A stretch of DNA of 64,000 nucleotides from Promethearchaeia archaeon (GTDB lineage: Archaea; Asgardarchaeota; Lokiarchaeia; Sigyniarchaeales; SOKP01). The stretch covers positions 1-64,000 of the forward strand of contig JAHQWJ010000147.1 of assembly GCA_029856125.1 (NCBI GenBank), written 5' to 3'. Positions 9,059 through 18,436 of this stretch are shown here, one piece after another. The stretch's first letter is position 1. Each line of letters begins with the position of its first letter. Position numbers and translations under genes: made by a program. The notes under the pieces are model-generated. The model did no database searches, was not told where the DNA came from, and saw nothing but the letters and a program-made list of their open reading frames with translations.

Positions 9059-9208
9059 GATCGTTGATTTTACGACTTAACTCTGCTGAATTGTCGTTAA
9101 GATTGAGAATTTTTATTTCTTTTATTTTTTATTTCTTTAAGGTTTAACTTCCGTGTGATAAGTCATGTAAATCAATTCATTAAAATAATAAGCAAAAAGG
9201 GTAATTAA

Positions 9209-10480
9209 TTGTTATTTCAAATTGTATCGTTAGAGGATTTTTACATCTTATTCTTTAAAATCATTGTATCGTTTTTCTGTGGCTTCGTTATAGGAATAGA
9301 GCGCACCAGAGTGGCAGCTCAATATGGCGCTCGAGACCACATCTTTTTTTCAATGATTTCGACCTCTTTAATAATTTTGTATGATATGTTTTTACCTGTG
9401 TCTGAAGGATTTATTCTAATTATTTTATTTTTTGGTGGAATGATTATTTTTTTGTTGATTGGATCTATCTATAGGTTATTTCTGGAAAAAGACCCCGGTT
9501 ATACAACTACTCTTTCAATGATATTAGCGATGATTGTTGGTATAATGTGTTATTATAATGAATATCTGGCAATTACCATTTCTGTTATATTTTTGATCAT
9601 CCTATCTACAAAAAAGCAATTTAATAAAATTAGAAGTATGAAAGATATTGAATGGACGGGAACCGTCGAGTTTATTGCAATTGTTGTTTTGCTTTACATT
9701 TTGATTCCAGAGAGTTTATTAGTTTATGGAATCAACATTAAATCAATTATAACAATTTTTATATTAATTTTAGCTGTAAAATATTTTAGCTACTTTATAT
9801 TGAGAAGTACAACTGAGAAAAATTTATATTACATTTCTTTTTTAGGAGGTTTTGCTCACAGTGAAGCTACAACTGTTGAGTTAGCTGAGGCTGGCGCATC
9901 ATCTTCATCAGTTTGGCTCGTAATTCAGACTATGCTAATTAGAATGTTAATTGTGTTGATGATCACTCCAACATTATTATCATATGCTTGGATTCCAATA
10001 CTTTCCACAGCGTCTATAGGATTAATCTTTTCATTTTTAATTTTAAAGAAAAAAGAAACTCAATTAACTTTAGATAAAATTAAAAATCCTCTCTCAATTA
10101 AAGGTGCTTTAATCTTTTCGGGAACATATTTAATTGGTTTGATAATATCTATCGTTTTAAGTTTTTTTGAAATAAATATTCTTGCTTATTACATTATTGT
10201 GTTTGGGATCGGATTTCTTTCCGGCGGTGCGTCCTCTCTGTTTGTAGCAACAGCATTTTATAAATCCTTAATTAACGAAGGGAATGCTCTATTGATGTTA
10301 ACAATTGGTTTATCGGCTGCGATAATAAATAAGATCTTCTATTCAACTCGAGCTTTGAAGGAAGATAAAAATAAAAAAGGATATGTTATTCATCTCGTCT
10401 TTTACATCATTATAACTATTTTTCTGTTAATCACGATGACCTTTTTAACAATAATTACATTCAATCTATCAATCTTCTGA
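9209..10480 (+). CDS. MgtC/SapB family membrane protein (MgtC + DUF4010)
   Basis: GFVIGIER...GARDH, PGYTTT and FLGGFAHSEATT motifs; about 12 TM segments. Confidence 0.8.
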   Translation: MLFQIVSLEDFYILFFKIIVSFFCGFVIGIERTRVAAQYGARDHIFFSMISTSLIILYDMFLPVSEGFILIILFFGGMIIFLLIGSIYRLFLEKDPGYTTTLSMILAMIVGIMCYYNEYLAITISVIFLIILSTKKQFNKIRSMKDIEWTGTVEFIAIVVLLYILIPESLLVYGINIKSIITIFILILAVKYFSYFILRSTTEKNLYYISFLGGFAHSEATTVELAEAGASSSSVWLVIQTMLIRMLIVLMITPTLLSYAWIPILSTASIGLIFSFLILKKKETQLTLDKIKNPLSIKGALIFSGTYLIGLIISIVLSFFEINILAYYIIVFGIGFLSGGASSLFVATAFYKSLINEGNALLMLTIGLSAAIINKIFYSTRALKEDKNKKGYVIHLVFYIIITIFLLITMTFLTIITFNLSIF

Positions 10481-10510
10481 AGAGAATGATAATAGTAAAA
10501 TGATTAGATA

Positions 10511-11593
10511 ATGGTTAAACTCACTTGGAAAAATAAGTCAAATATTTCTGAAAATATTGAAGATTCAAAATTAAGATATTCTGATTATTTTGAAACTGTG
10601 AATTTAGGATTAGGAGATTTTCAGGGTGATGAATGGAAAAACTTATTATTTTGGGGGGAAAACCTCAAAGTACTCCATTATTTAACGAATACCTTCTCTG
10701 GAAAGATCGACTTAATTTACGTTGACCCTCCTTTTTTCTCAGGAACGAATTACCAAATCAAAATCGAGGAAAATGGAAATGAATACGATTCAATTGCGTA
10801 TTTTGATCATTGGGACAAAGATATTGATTCCTACTTACAAATACTTCGTGATAGGATTGTTTTATTTAGGGAATTGTTGTCAATAAACGGGTTGTTATTT
10901 ATCCACTTAGATTGGCATGCAAGTCATTACATTCGAGTGATGTTAGACGAAATTTTTGGTGCAAACCGTTTTGTCAACAGTATAGTTTGGTATTACTACA
11001 ATAAATATTCAGCGGGGAAAAAGAACTTGCCGAGGGCTCACGATGACATTTTAGTTTATTCTAAATCTGCTAATTATACTTTCAATGAGTTAAGAAGTCT
11101 CCGTAAAAAACCAATAAAGCAGTTAAAAAGAGTAATGGTTGATGGCGTTTTAAAAAATGCAAAAGACGAGAATGGGCATGTTATTTATAGGGTTGTAAAA
11201 GATAAAAAAATAGATGATGTGTGGAAAATACCATGTATGCAACCTGCTTCAAAGGAGTGGACAGGATTTCCTACACAAAAGCACCACGATTTGCTTGAAA
11301 GAATAATTAAAATTGGAAGCAATGAAGGGGATTTAGTAGCTGACTTTTTTTGTGGTTCCGGAACTACTTTATTAGCTGCTGATAAATTAAATAGAAGATG
11401 GATAGGGAGCGACATATCCGAATACTCAATTTATCTAACTCGCAAGAGATTACTTAATTATAGAAAAAATATAATTAATCAAGTAAAAAAGCTTGAACCT
11501 ATTGAAGTCTGTACTCATTTTGATGAACAGAAAAAGAATTTAATATCCTCTGGCTTTTTTGAAAAAAATTTGAAAATAAAAAGAAAAAAATAG
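10511..11593 (+). CDS. Site-specific DNA methyltransferase (N6-adenine/N4-cytosine, beta class), apparently orphan
   Basis: IDLIYVDPPF (motif IV) precedes FPTQK and ADFFCGSGTT (motif I); no nuclease adjacent. Confidence 0.92.
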   Translation: MVKLTWKNKSNISENIEDSKLRYSDYFETVNLGLGDFQGDEWKNLLFWGENLKVLHYLTNTFSGKIDLIYVDPPFFSGTNYQIKIEENGNEYDSIAYFDHWDKDIDSYLQILRDRIVLFRELLSINGLLFIHLDWHASHYIRVMLDEIFGANRFVNSIVWYYYNKYSAGKKNLPRAHDDILVYSKSANYTFNELRSLRKKPIKQLKRVMVDGVLKNAKDENGHVIYRVVKDKKIDDVWKIPCMQPASKEWTGFPTQKHHDLLERIIKIGSNEGDLVADFFCGSGTTLLAADKLNRRWIGSDISEYSIYLTRKRLLNYRKNIINQVKKLEPIEVCTHFDEQKKNLISSGFFEKNLKIKRKK

Positions 11594-11607
11594 AGTTTTG
11601 TATATCT

Positions 11608-13035
11608 TTACTTTGGATAAATTATATTCCATCCAAGATAATTAGAAAGTGCTTCAAATACAATTTCGCCTACTTTTTCTAATGAGGCGGCTACATGGTG
11701 AGCAAAACCTTCTTTACATAATGTTTTTAATATATCTTGTAAATTAGGTATCTCTATCACTCCATAACCTCCAAAAGTTTCTAAAGGATCGTCTGTATAT
11801 TTTCCTTCTACTAAAAGGGCTTTAATCTCTCCGAAGACATCGTCAGTTTCAATCCTTAATAATGTACACGGTTTACTTTTAATTCTTCCTTGAATAGCTC
11901 CAAAACTATGGTCATCGCCTTTAAGATCTGAAATAATTGGGTGAATTGTCATCTTAGTGTCTTTAAAGAATGATTTTGGAAGATTACTACAGTGAAATAA
12001 AACCATTTTATTAGGATCATCACCATAATTATTGTTCCAATCTAAAATTGCCGAAGGCGTTTCGGTTGCCACCTGCAAAATATACATCCCTATTAAACCC
12101 GAAATATCTACTTCGCAAGCCGCGGGCACTAAACCTTCACTAAACATGCTCATGACGGCACAGGGAACAACCCCAAAATTATCTTGAATGCTTGGCCAAC
12201 ATTGAAAAGCAAAACCATCCAATTCGTTTTCCAATACCCATTTCTCGACGACAACTGATAGTTTTGCTAATTTTAATATGCCGTCTTCTGGAAATGTTGT
12301 AGTTGGTGTATAATCCTTAATGACTTGAATTTTTTCCTTTACTTTGGGATCGTCATCTGGTAACCTACTAATTTCTCCAAAAATTTCTGATAAATCAATT
12401 GGTTCAATCGTAATCCCATGTAATTGTAAAATTTTCTCGCTATATCTCACGGTTTCAAAAGCGTTAGGTCTTACTCCTATCTGTCCGAATCTTGCGTTTT
12501 TTAGTTTCTTTACAATTTTACAAACTCTTTCAAATTTTACCAAGTCTGTTTTAAAAGCATCAGAGTTAATAGGACATGTATGCGTCTCAGTTAGAGTAAA
12601 CGGAATTCCATGCTGATATAGAACGCTACAAACAGATAATTTTCCGCAGAATGCATCTCGTCTAAATTTTCGATGCATTTTGTCGACTTCATCAGATGAA
12701 GCTTGAATAAGGATTGGAACATTTAAATCAGATAATTTTAGAGTGTTGACGATACCTTTTTCATCTCCAAAATTTGGTAAAACTACGATAATACCCATTA
12801 TTTGTTCTTTCTTTTCTTTAAAAAGTTTAGCACATTTTTTTGCGTCAGAATAAGATTCAACTACGCCATCTTTTGTATCGCTCTCGTTTAAAATAACATA
12901 ACCATACCCTAATTCTTTCAACACACTTATAATTTCTATTCGTCCTTCTTTAGCAAGATGATCTGGAAAAACATCTCTATTACCGACGATTACTCCAAAT
13001 ACTAAATTTTTTTCACTTGTTTTCGTTATTGACAT
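11608..13035 (-). CDS. L-fucose/L-arabinose isomerase family protein
   Basis: PNFGDE, RRDAFCGKLS, QCWP, AACEVD, LFHCSN, FAHHVA. Confidence 0.88.
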   Translation of the reverse strand: MSITKTSEKNLVFGVIVGNRDVFPDHLAKEGRIEIISVLKELGYGYVILNESDTKDGVVESYSDAKKCAKLFKEKKEQIMGIIVVLPNFGDEKGIVNTLKLSDLNVPILIQASSDEVDKMHRKFRRDAFCGKLSVCSVLYQHGIPFTLTETHTCPINSDAFKTDLVKFERVCKIVKKLKNARFGQIGVRPNAFETVRYSEKILQLHGITIEPIDLSEIFGEISRLPDDDPKVKEKIQVIKDYTPTTTFPEDGILKLAKLSVVVEKWVLENELDGFAFQCWPSIQDNFGVVPCAVMSMFSEGLVPAACEVDISGLIGMYILQVATETPSAILDWNNNYGDDPNKMVLFHCSNLPKSFFKDTKMTIHPIISDLKGDDHSFGAIQGRIKSKPCTLLRIETDDVFGEIKALLVEGKYTDDPLETFGGYGVIEIPNLQDILKTLCKEGFAHHVAASLEKVGEIVFEALSNYLGWNIIYPK

Positions 13036-13048
13036 TTCTAAAACTATT

Positions 13049-13942
13049 TTACGGGTTATTTTTAATAAATTCTATAATAACTTCTGCCAGTTCAGGACCT
13101 TTATCTTCTTGAACAAAATGACCTGCATTTCTTATTGTAGTGTGTTTTTGACCTTGTGCGCCTGGTACGTTTTCTTGCCAAAATTTATCCCCTCCTCTTG
13201 TAATTGGATCCCCATCAGAAAATGCTGTTAAAAATGGTTTTTCCCATTTTCCAAACTGCTCAATAGCTTTTTTATTGGTTATGTGTTCTGGATCATCTTT
13301 ACTAATAGGAACTAATGAAGGCATGATACGGGCGCCAGCTTTAAAAAAATCATCGGGAAACGGTGCATCATAAGCTTTAATGACATTTCTCGGCAATTTG
13401 GTGGTTGTTGCTCCTTGTACTATCCTTCCAACATAGAACTTGGTTGCAGTTCTAGAGAATTCTCTCCAATTTGAAAAAGCATCACTCATTCTTTGCTCAC
13501 CTGTTGGGAGCCCTCCATTTGATAAAACAATTCTATTAAACCGATCCTGATTTTCAATAGCAAGTCTTAAACCTATTAACGATCCCCAATCTTGACAAAA
13601 TAAGGTAATATTTCGAAGATCGAGTAATTGTAGCCATTTCGTCATCCATTCCACATGTTTAAGGTATGTGTGGTCGTTTTGTTCAGTTGGTTTGTCTGAC
13701 CGACCAAACCCTACTAAATCTGGGGCTAAGATTCTAAATCCTGCTTTCACCAGAATAGGAATCATATGCCTATACAAAAAACACCACGATGGCTCACCGT
13801 GCATAAGTAAAATGACTTCTGCTTGTTTGTTACCCTCGTCTAAATAATGGATATTGATTCCATCAACTTTTATAAAATGTGGGTCAAATGTAAAATCGGG
13901 AAGGTTTTCAAACCTTTCTTCTGGAGTGCTTAGTAATTTCAT
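13049..13942 (-). CDS. Haloalkane dehalogenase (alpha/beta hydrolase, DhlA/DhmA type)
   Basis: HGEPSW, QDWG nucleophile elbow, AYDAPFP, AGHFVQED. Confidence 0.9.
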   Translation of the reverse strand: MKLLSTPEERFENLPDFTFDPHFIKVDGINIHYLDEGNKQAEVILLMHGEPSWCFLYRHMIPILVKAGFRILAPDLVGFGRSDKPTEQNDHTYLKHVEWMTKWLQLLDLRNITLFCQDWGSLIGLRLAIENQDRFNRIVLSNGGLPTGEQRMSDAFSNWREFSRTATKFYVGRIVQGATTTKLPRNVIKAYDAPFPDDFFKAGARIMPSLVPISKDDPEHITNKKAIEQFGKWEKPFLTAFSDGDPITRGGDKFWQENVPGAQGQKHTTIRNAGHFVQEDKGPELAEVIIEFIKNNP

Positions 13943-14066
13943 TCTTTACAAACCTATTTTATTCATTAATTAATGATATATAGTTAGTTATTTTTTCGAA
14001 TTTAAAAAATTTAATTGTTATGGACAAATTCTAAATCTTATAATATAAGAGTTATACAAATATTGA

Positions 14067-15341
14067 ATGACATTGAAAGTTTTATTCATTCGAGTATTTA
14101 ATAAATTGAAAGAATTCTGGAATGAGAAGATCTTCCGGTATGCTATCCTAATTCAAATATTTTACGTTCTTTTGTCTATAATTTTATTTTTCTTATTTTT
14201 ATACCAAAAAAATGATTTCGTAATCTTTTATGAATCGGGGAAGATTTTTCTTACAGATATTGAGAATTTGTATAATCAAGCAAATTATCTTTGGGATTTT
14301 AGGTATTTTCCTTTATCTGCATTCTTTTTTATTCCGTTTTCTTTTTTGGATTTCGGGCTAGCATTTATTCTTTTCAATGTTCTCAATTTCATATTGAACA
14401 TTCTGATCTCTTTGATGATGTATAAAATCATAAAAGCAATTCGAGGGCCAGATCACGAAACTGACGATAAACGAATAATACTTTACATTAGTTTATATTT
14501 AATGGGAGTACCACATATTCTAAATTATATTTATGGCCAAATTAATTTATTCATTACATTTTCAATCTTAGCTTCGTTATTGATTTTTCTATTCTATAAA
14601 AAAAAAAAATGGCAACTACTTGGTAGCGTTATATTAGGAATCAGTATTATAATCAAGCCAACTTCGTTCTTCCTAATTCCGTTTTTATTAGTAATTCATT
14701 TTGATATGAGTACTAAAAAGTTGAAAATCGACTTTTCAACGAGTGTAGTAAGATTGGTTGGAGTCTTAATACCCGTCTTATTGAACTTTGCACTTTTCGC
14801 TGTTTACCCTAAGCTGTGGAGTGATTTTCTCTCTACTAATTTTACGGGAAGCAACCCTCTTGCATTAAATTTTTCTTTCAGCTTGACAAAACTTGTGACG
14901 AATTTCTGTTATTTCTTTAATATACCATTCAGTCAATTAATCATATTGATAGTTTTAGTCGGATTAATTGGGGGATTAGGATTTTTTTCTTACATATTGA
15001 GAAGGAGGAATAAGAATTATATTTTACATGGTTATACAATTGGAATTATAATCATGCTCCTTACATATTTTGATAGTTGGGACCACCATTTGTTAAATCT
15101 AACTCCCTTACTGATTATAACAATCTTCAATCTTCCAAGAAGAGCGAAATTGATAGATTATATAAAACCAAGTTTCTTTTTCTTCAATTTTTTTGATATA
15201 ATTTTTGTAGGTGTATGGTTTTTAACTTATCCCTTGTTTCCCTATAACTTTGTAGGGACTTTTTTTCTATTCGTGGTATTATATAGCCTAATGAGGTATT
15301 TTCTGGTTAAAAGATTAAAAACTGATGAGGTAAAACTTTAA
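14067..15341 (+). CDS. GT87/DUF2029 family GT-C membrane glycosyltransferase, paralog 1
   Basis: NDF..FY, FRYFPLSA, GQIN, IIIKP and WDHH motifs; multi-TM. Confidence 0.82.
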   Translation: MTLKVLFIRVFNKLKEFWNEKIFRYAILIQIFYVLLSIILFFLFLYQKNDFVIFYESGKIFLTDIENLYNQANYLWDFRYFPLSAFFFIPFSFLDFGLAFILFNVLNFILNILISLMMYKIIKAIRGPDHETDDKRIILYISLYLMGVPHILNYIYGQINLFITFSILASLLIFLFYKKKKWQLLGSVILGISIIIKPTSFFLIPFLLVIHFDMSTKKLKIDFSTSVVRLVGVLIPVLLNFALFAVYPKLWSDFLSTNFTGSNPLALNFSFSLTKLVTNFCYFFNIPFSQLIILIVLVGLIGGLGFFSYILRRRNKNYILHGYTIGIIIMLLTYFDSWDHHLLNLTPLLIITIFNLPRRAKLIDYIKPSFFFFNFFDIIFVGVWFLTYPLFPYNFVGTFFLFVVLYSLMRYFLVKRLKTDEVKL

Positions 15342-16084
15342 TGAAAATTAAAAAAAGAGCCATTTTTTTCAGTATAATGCTCTTATTTCTTTTCATATTA
15401 GGGTTCTCATCAAATGTAATTGCAAATGAATATCAAAATGGAATTAAAATTAACGATGAGTTAATTTGGAATTGCCATTTATGCGATGATAAAAAAATGG
15501 ATGCATTATTTGGAGAATTTTGGAACGAAGCGGGAATATTTGAAAATTTGAGCGTGAATAGAAGAATGAAATGGAGCGTAAATATGGTAGAAGAAAACTC
15601 TACAACTTTATCAGCTTTATTTAGTATATGGATGTGGCAGTATGAAGATAATTGGGGTACGCAGGATAATAACTCTAAATTCTTATATCTAAGAAATCCA
15701 AGTCTATACCCTAGTGGCTTCAATTTTACAGACTTATTTCCATTTATTCCTTTTTGGCTTCCTGTTCCCGTTGGTGAATATTTAGGCGAATTACCTTTAG
15801 GTGAGATTTACGACGTCGATAATAGGGTATTACCAACTTTAAATGTAAAAATTATTAAAAACTCCATCCATCTTAATGAACCTATGGAAACTGTTTATTT
15901 TATCGCGGTCTATAATAGTAATGGGATTCTGAGCTCTTTTAAGTTATATACAAGCGGTAATGTAGTCGTAATTGACATTTCATTAGAAAACTTACCGATT
16001 TTTGTTATCCCTTCAACGATAGGTTTAGTATTAGCATTTGTTTGCTTCATAGTTTTATATATAAAGAAAAAACGGATCAATTAA
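15341..16084 (+). CDS. Secreted, C-terminally membrane-anchored surface protein
   Basis: Signal peptide (MKIKKR + hydrophobic stretch + VIA), sequons NLS/NST/NNS/NFT, C-terminal TM helix followed by KKKR; start overlaps the upstream stop (TAATG). Confidence 0.8.
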   Translation: MKIKKRAIFFSIMLLFLFILGFSSNVIANEYQNGIKINDELIWNCHLCDDKKMDALFGEFWNEAGIFENLSVNRRMKWSVNMVEENSTTLSALFSIWMWQYEDNWGTQDNNSKFLYLRNPSLYPSGFNFTDLFPFIPFWLPVPVGEYLGELPLGEIYDVDNRVLPTLNVKIIKNSIHLNEPMETVYFIAVYNSNGILSSFKLYTSGNVVVIDISLENLPIFVIPSTIGLVLAFVCFIVLYIKKKRIN

Positions 16085-16112
16085 TATTCAATTAAATTTT
16101 ACTATAAGTCCC

Positions 16113-17381
16113 ATGAATTATAAAGGAATATACAATAGCACTAAAAAACGGTTAGCAGAACTCTGGAATATAAAGTCTTTTAGATACGCAATTTTACTTC
16201 ATTTCTTTTACTTCTTTTTATCATTATTTTTAACACTTTTCGTTTTAAGAACGCAGAGTGATTTCTATGTGTATTATAAAGTTGGAGAAATTTATGTAAA
16301 CGATCCCAATAATCTTTATAACCCTGCTTACTATGTAGACATATGGCCTTTTAGATATTTCCCTCTATCAGCCTTACTTTTTGTCCCTTATTATTTATTG
16401 GGTTTTAATTTAGGATTTATTATTTTCAATTTTATCAATTTTATCCTAAATATTCTGATCTCTGTAATTCTATACAAAGTCATTATTATGGTTAGAGGAG
16501 ATGACCACGAAAAAGAAAATAAAAGAATTATATTATATATTTGTTTTTATTTAATTGGTTTACCTCAGGTTTTTAATTATGTTTTAGGACAAATCAATTT
16601 ATATGTGACTCTATTAATTCTATTATCCCTATTCGTTTTTCTTAAATTTAAAGAAATCAAATATCAATTATTGGCAAGTATTATATTAGGAATAAGCATT
16701 ATAATCAAACCTACTACCTTATTTATGATTCCTTTCATAATTGTTCTCAATTATAGCTACGAGAAAAAGAGAATTTCGTTTGATCTTAGACTTAGCTTTT
16801 TAAGGCTATTCGGAGTTCTTTTACCTCTATCACTAAATGTTGTAATGTTTCTCCTTTATCCTGGATTACTTAGCGGTTTTTTAGTCACGAATTTTACTGG
16901 TTCTGAAACCGTGCTATTAAATCATTCTTTTAGCATTACCAAAATCATTTCAAACATATTATTATTTATAGGCGTTCCGTCTAATGGATTAAATGTTTTA
17001 CCAATATTCATTAGTGTTTTGCTCGTCTTAGGTTGTTTTGGATTTATATTTTATATTTTTAGAAGGTTTAATAAAAATAATTTGATATACGGATACACTT
17101 TTGGAATGTTAATAATGTTTCTTGCTTATTTTGACTCTTGGGATCACCACCTTCTCAATTTGACTCCACTTCTAATTATTATGTTATTTAATTTACCGCG
17201 AAATTCAGAATTAACAAGAAAATACATAAAACCTAGTTTTTTCTTTCTAAGCTTTTTAGGTCTAGTTTTTACAGGAATTTTTTGGCTTACCCAACTATTC
17301 TTTCCATTTAATTTTGCGTCTACAATCTTTCTAATTCTAATTTTTATCGGAGTCAGCAGATATTGCATACTAAAAAATTAA
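16113..17381 (+). CDS. GT87/DUF2029 family GT-C membrane glycosyltransferase, paralog 2
   Basis: Same motifs as 14067-15341 (DF.VYY, FRYFPLSA, GQIN, IKP, YFDSWDHHLLNLTPLLI). Confidence 0.82.
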   Translation: MNYKGIYNSTKKRLAELWNIKSFRYAILLHFFYFFLSLFLTLFVLRTQSDFYVYYKVGEIYVNDPNNLYNPAYYVDIWPFRYFPLSALLFVPYYLLGFNLGFIIFNFINFILNILISVILYKVIIMVRGDDHEKENKRIILYICFYLIGLPQVFNYVLGQINLYVTLLILLSLFVFLKFKEIKYQLLASIILGISIIIKPTTLFMIPFIIVLNYSYEKKRISFDLRLSFLRLFGVLLPLSLNVVMFLLYPGLLSGFLVTNFTGSETVLLNHSFSITKIISNILLFIGVPSNGLNVLPIFISVLLVLGCFGFIFYIFRRFNKNNLIYGYTFGMLIMFLAYFDSWDHHLLNLTPLLIIMLFNLPRNSELTRKYIKPSFFFLSFLGLVFTGIFWLTQLFFPFNFASTIFLILIFIGVSRYCILKN

Positions 17382-17556
17382 TGGAAATTTGATTTAGATC
17401 AATTTTTCACCTAATTGAACAGCTTTGTATTCCCACTTCAATGAACACTAATTCTAAACATAATGATTAAAGTTAAATAATTTCTATTCTACACTTAATT
17501 TGAAAAATTGAATATACATAATAATAAATAAATCCAAAAGACACATTAGAAATAAG

Positions 17557-18267
17557 ATGGTTCAAGAATACATAATCATTTTTATGCCAGCTTTTTTATT
17601 AGGAATCTTACATACTGCTATTCCGTGCGAAGATAAAGCTATCTTCTTTTTTTGGTCTTTTGGAATAGCGAAAACCCCTGGTAAAAGCATTTTTATCTTA
17701 GCACTTTATGGATTGGGTTTAATCTGTGCAAATATGATCATTGCATCGGTAACAGTTTTAATTCCCCAAGTCCCAAGATTTGTCTTTCCGGGTTTTACCC
17801 CAGATCCTCATATTATCAACTTTTTTGGTGCTTTTACTTCTATGCTCGCTGGAATCGTTCTCTTATTCTTTTTGACAAGGCGAGACTACACGCCACACTC
17901 GAGATATTCGAAGGAAATTTCAACTTTAGATTGGGAATTAAAGAAGACTCCATTTTTCTTTGGTATTCTAGCGGGGTTTGCTCCTTGCATATTTGAGTTA
18001 ATTATATATTCTCAATCATTTCAGTTCGCATTAGGATATGGGTTTATCGAGGGTTTATTAGTTGTTTTTTACTTTTCGCTTGGGACTTTCGTGGGGCTTT
18101 TTCCGCTTGCGTTAGCGAAATATGGAACCTCGCAGATGGTCAAGCCAAATATTAAAAGGAGGAAAGTCATTTTCTATTTAATGATTTTAATCATCATTAT
18201 TTTCAATAGTGTGGTAATGATTTTATCGTTTTTACGAATATCTGTATTTCCTATAGAAAGTTTATAG
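17557..18267 (+). CDS. Membrane protein of the DsbD-TM / UreH / NicO-like superfamily
   Basis: LLGILH..IPC and FFGILAGFAPC motifs, FSLGT, 6 TM segments. Confidence 0.6.
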   Translation: MVQEYIIIFMPAFLLGILHTAIPCEDKAIFFFWSFGIAKTPGKSIFILALYGLGLICANMIIASVTVLIPQVPRFVFPGFTPDPHIINFFGAFTSMLAGIVLLFFLTRRDYTPHSRYSKEISTLDWELKKTPFFFGILAGFAPCIFELIIYSQSFQFALGYGFIEGLLVVFYFSLGTFVGLFPLALAKYGTSQMVKPNIKRRKVIFYLMILIIIIFNSVVMILSFLRISVFPIESL

Positions 18268-18436
18268 GTTACTATAAGCAAAACAGTAAATATTATATTT
18301 TTAATCAAAAAATTAAAAACTCATTAATTATTCAAATTAATCAATATTGGTCTTATAAAATAATTTATTATACTGTATTTTTATATATATTATAACTAAT
18401 TATACATCTTTCACCAATGATGGAGAGAAGCAAATA

